From Cereibacter sphaeroides 2.4.1 (lineage in GTDB: Bacteria; Pseudomonadota; Alphaproteobacteria; Rhodobacterales; Rhodobacteraceae), in contig NC_007493.2 in NCBI RefSeq assembly GCF_000012905.2, positions 2,130,001-2,162,000 of the forward strand: DNA of 32,000 nt, read 5' to 3'. Position numbers and translations under genes: made by a program. Shown piece after piece: positions 31,880 through 32,000 of the stretch. The notes under the pieces are model-generated. The model was not told the DNA's origin, did not search any database, and saw nothing but the letters and a program-made list of their open reading frames with translations. How positions within the stretch are numbered: the stretch's first letter is position 1; each line of letters begins with the position of its first letter.

Positions 31880-32000
31880 GACCAGATCACCCATCCCCAG
31901 CCCGCCAGAGGCACCGAAAGCGCCACGGCCACAGCCCCGCGTACGCGCCATCTCCGCGAGAATCGCGCGGCGAGCCAGAGCGACCAGAGCGCCGAGCCCG
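31876..32000 (-). CDS. C-terminal 40 codons of a membrane-like protein running off the window end
   Basis: Not in the track because it is open at the edge. The frame ending at TGA 31878-31876 reads GSALWSLWLAARFSRRWRVRGAVAVALSVPLAGWGWVIWS. GC3 is about 80 %, against about 62 % for the competing frame. Confidence 0.4.
   Translation of the reverse strand, partial: GSALWSLWLAARFSRRWRVRGAVAVALSVPLAGWGWVIWS

Noticed and set aside
31604-31951. 115-aa version of the terminal ORF starting MARTRGCGRG
   Set aside because: Upstream of 31879 a different frame (membrane-like, GC3 ~80 %, ending at TGA 31878-31876) codes better. I therefore shortened this ORF to the ATGA-coupled start at 31879.

Overview
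A ~68-70 % GC alphaproteobacterial chromosome segment. Gene content and synteny look Rhodobacteraceae (Cereibacter/Rhodobacter-like), but the taxon is my inference. I call 35 protein-coding genes (two cut by the window edges) and one tRNA-Glu(UUC). I also call a few regulatory sites, hairpins and repeats by eye. The backbone is ordinary housekeeping: a Glu/Leu/Phe/Val-type dehydrogenase, hom-glpX-recJ, ldhA, metG, an aldo/keto reductase, and HAD and NUDIX hydrolases. I saw no transposase, integrase, CRISPR array, rRNA or recognisable defence gene. Most long ORFs in the six-frame track are out-of-frame or antisense artefacts of the high GC (Arg/Pro/Gly/Ala-rich, no motifs), and I rejected them. 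The more interesting content is signalling and envelope modules between the core genes. (1) A split, soluble-guanylate-cyclase-like pair: an H-NOX-fold protein coupled by a 1-nt overlap to an HNOBA-coiled-coil-GGDEF cyclase. The H-NOX has Pro in place of the heme-ligating His and lacks the Tyr and Arg of the Y-x-S-x-R motif. (2) A CnrYXH-like ECF sigma / anti-sigma / membrane-anchored periplasmic sensor operon, preceded by a secreted 4x EF-hand protein with a (GMGPGA)x6 repeat. Two proteins have His-rich tails, the two coupling junctions are identical, there are two similar ECF-type promoter motifs, and three decayed copies of the sensor's tail-coding end lie in its 3' flank. (3) An alphaproteobacterial LexA box directly upstream of an ImuA-like gene that has no imuB/dnaE2 beside it. 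(4) A CHAD protein paired with an unknown polytopic membrane protein. (5) A stand-alone TadG(vWA)-TadE-TadE trio. (6) Three intact diguanylate cyclases, including a PleD orthologue without DivK, within 10 kb. (7) A CPA1 antiporter fused to a cyclic-nucleotide-binding domain. (8) A compositional break (40 % GC patch, low-GC3 genes) in the last ~0.6 kb. All family assignments come from motif recognition by eye, with no searches run.
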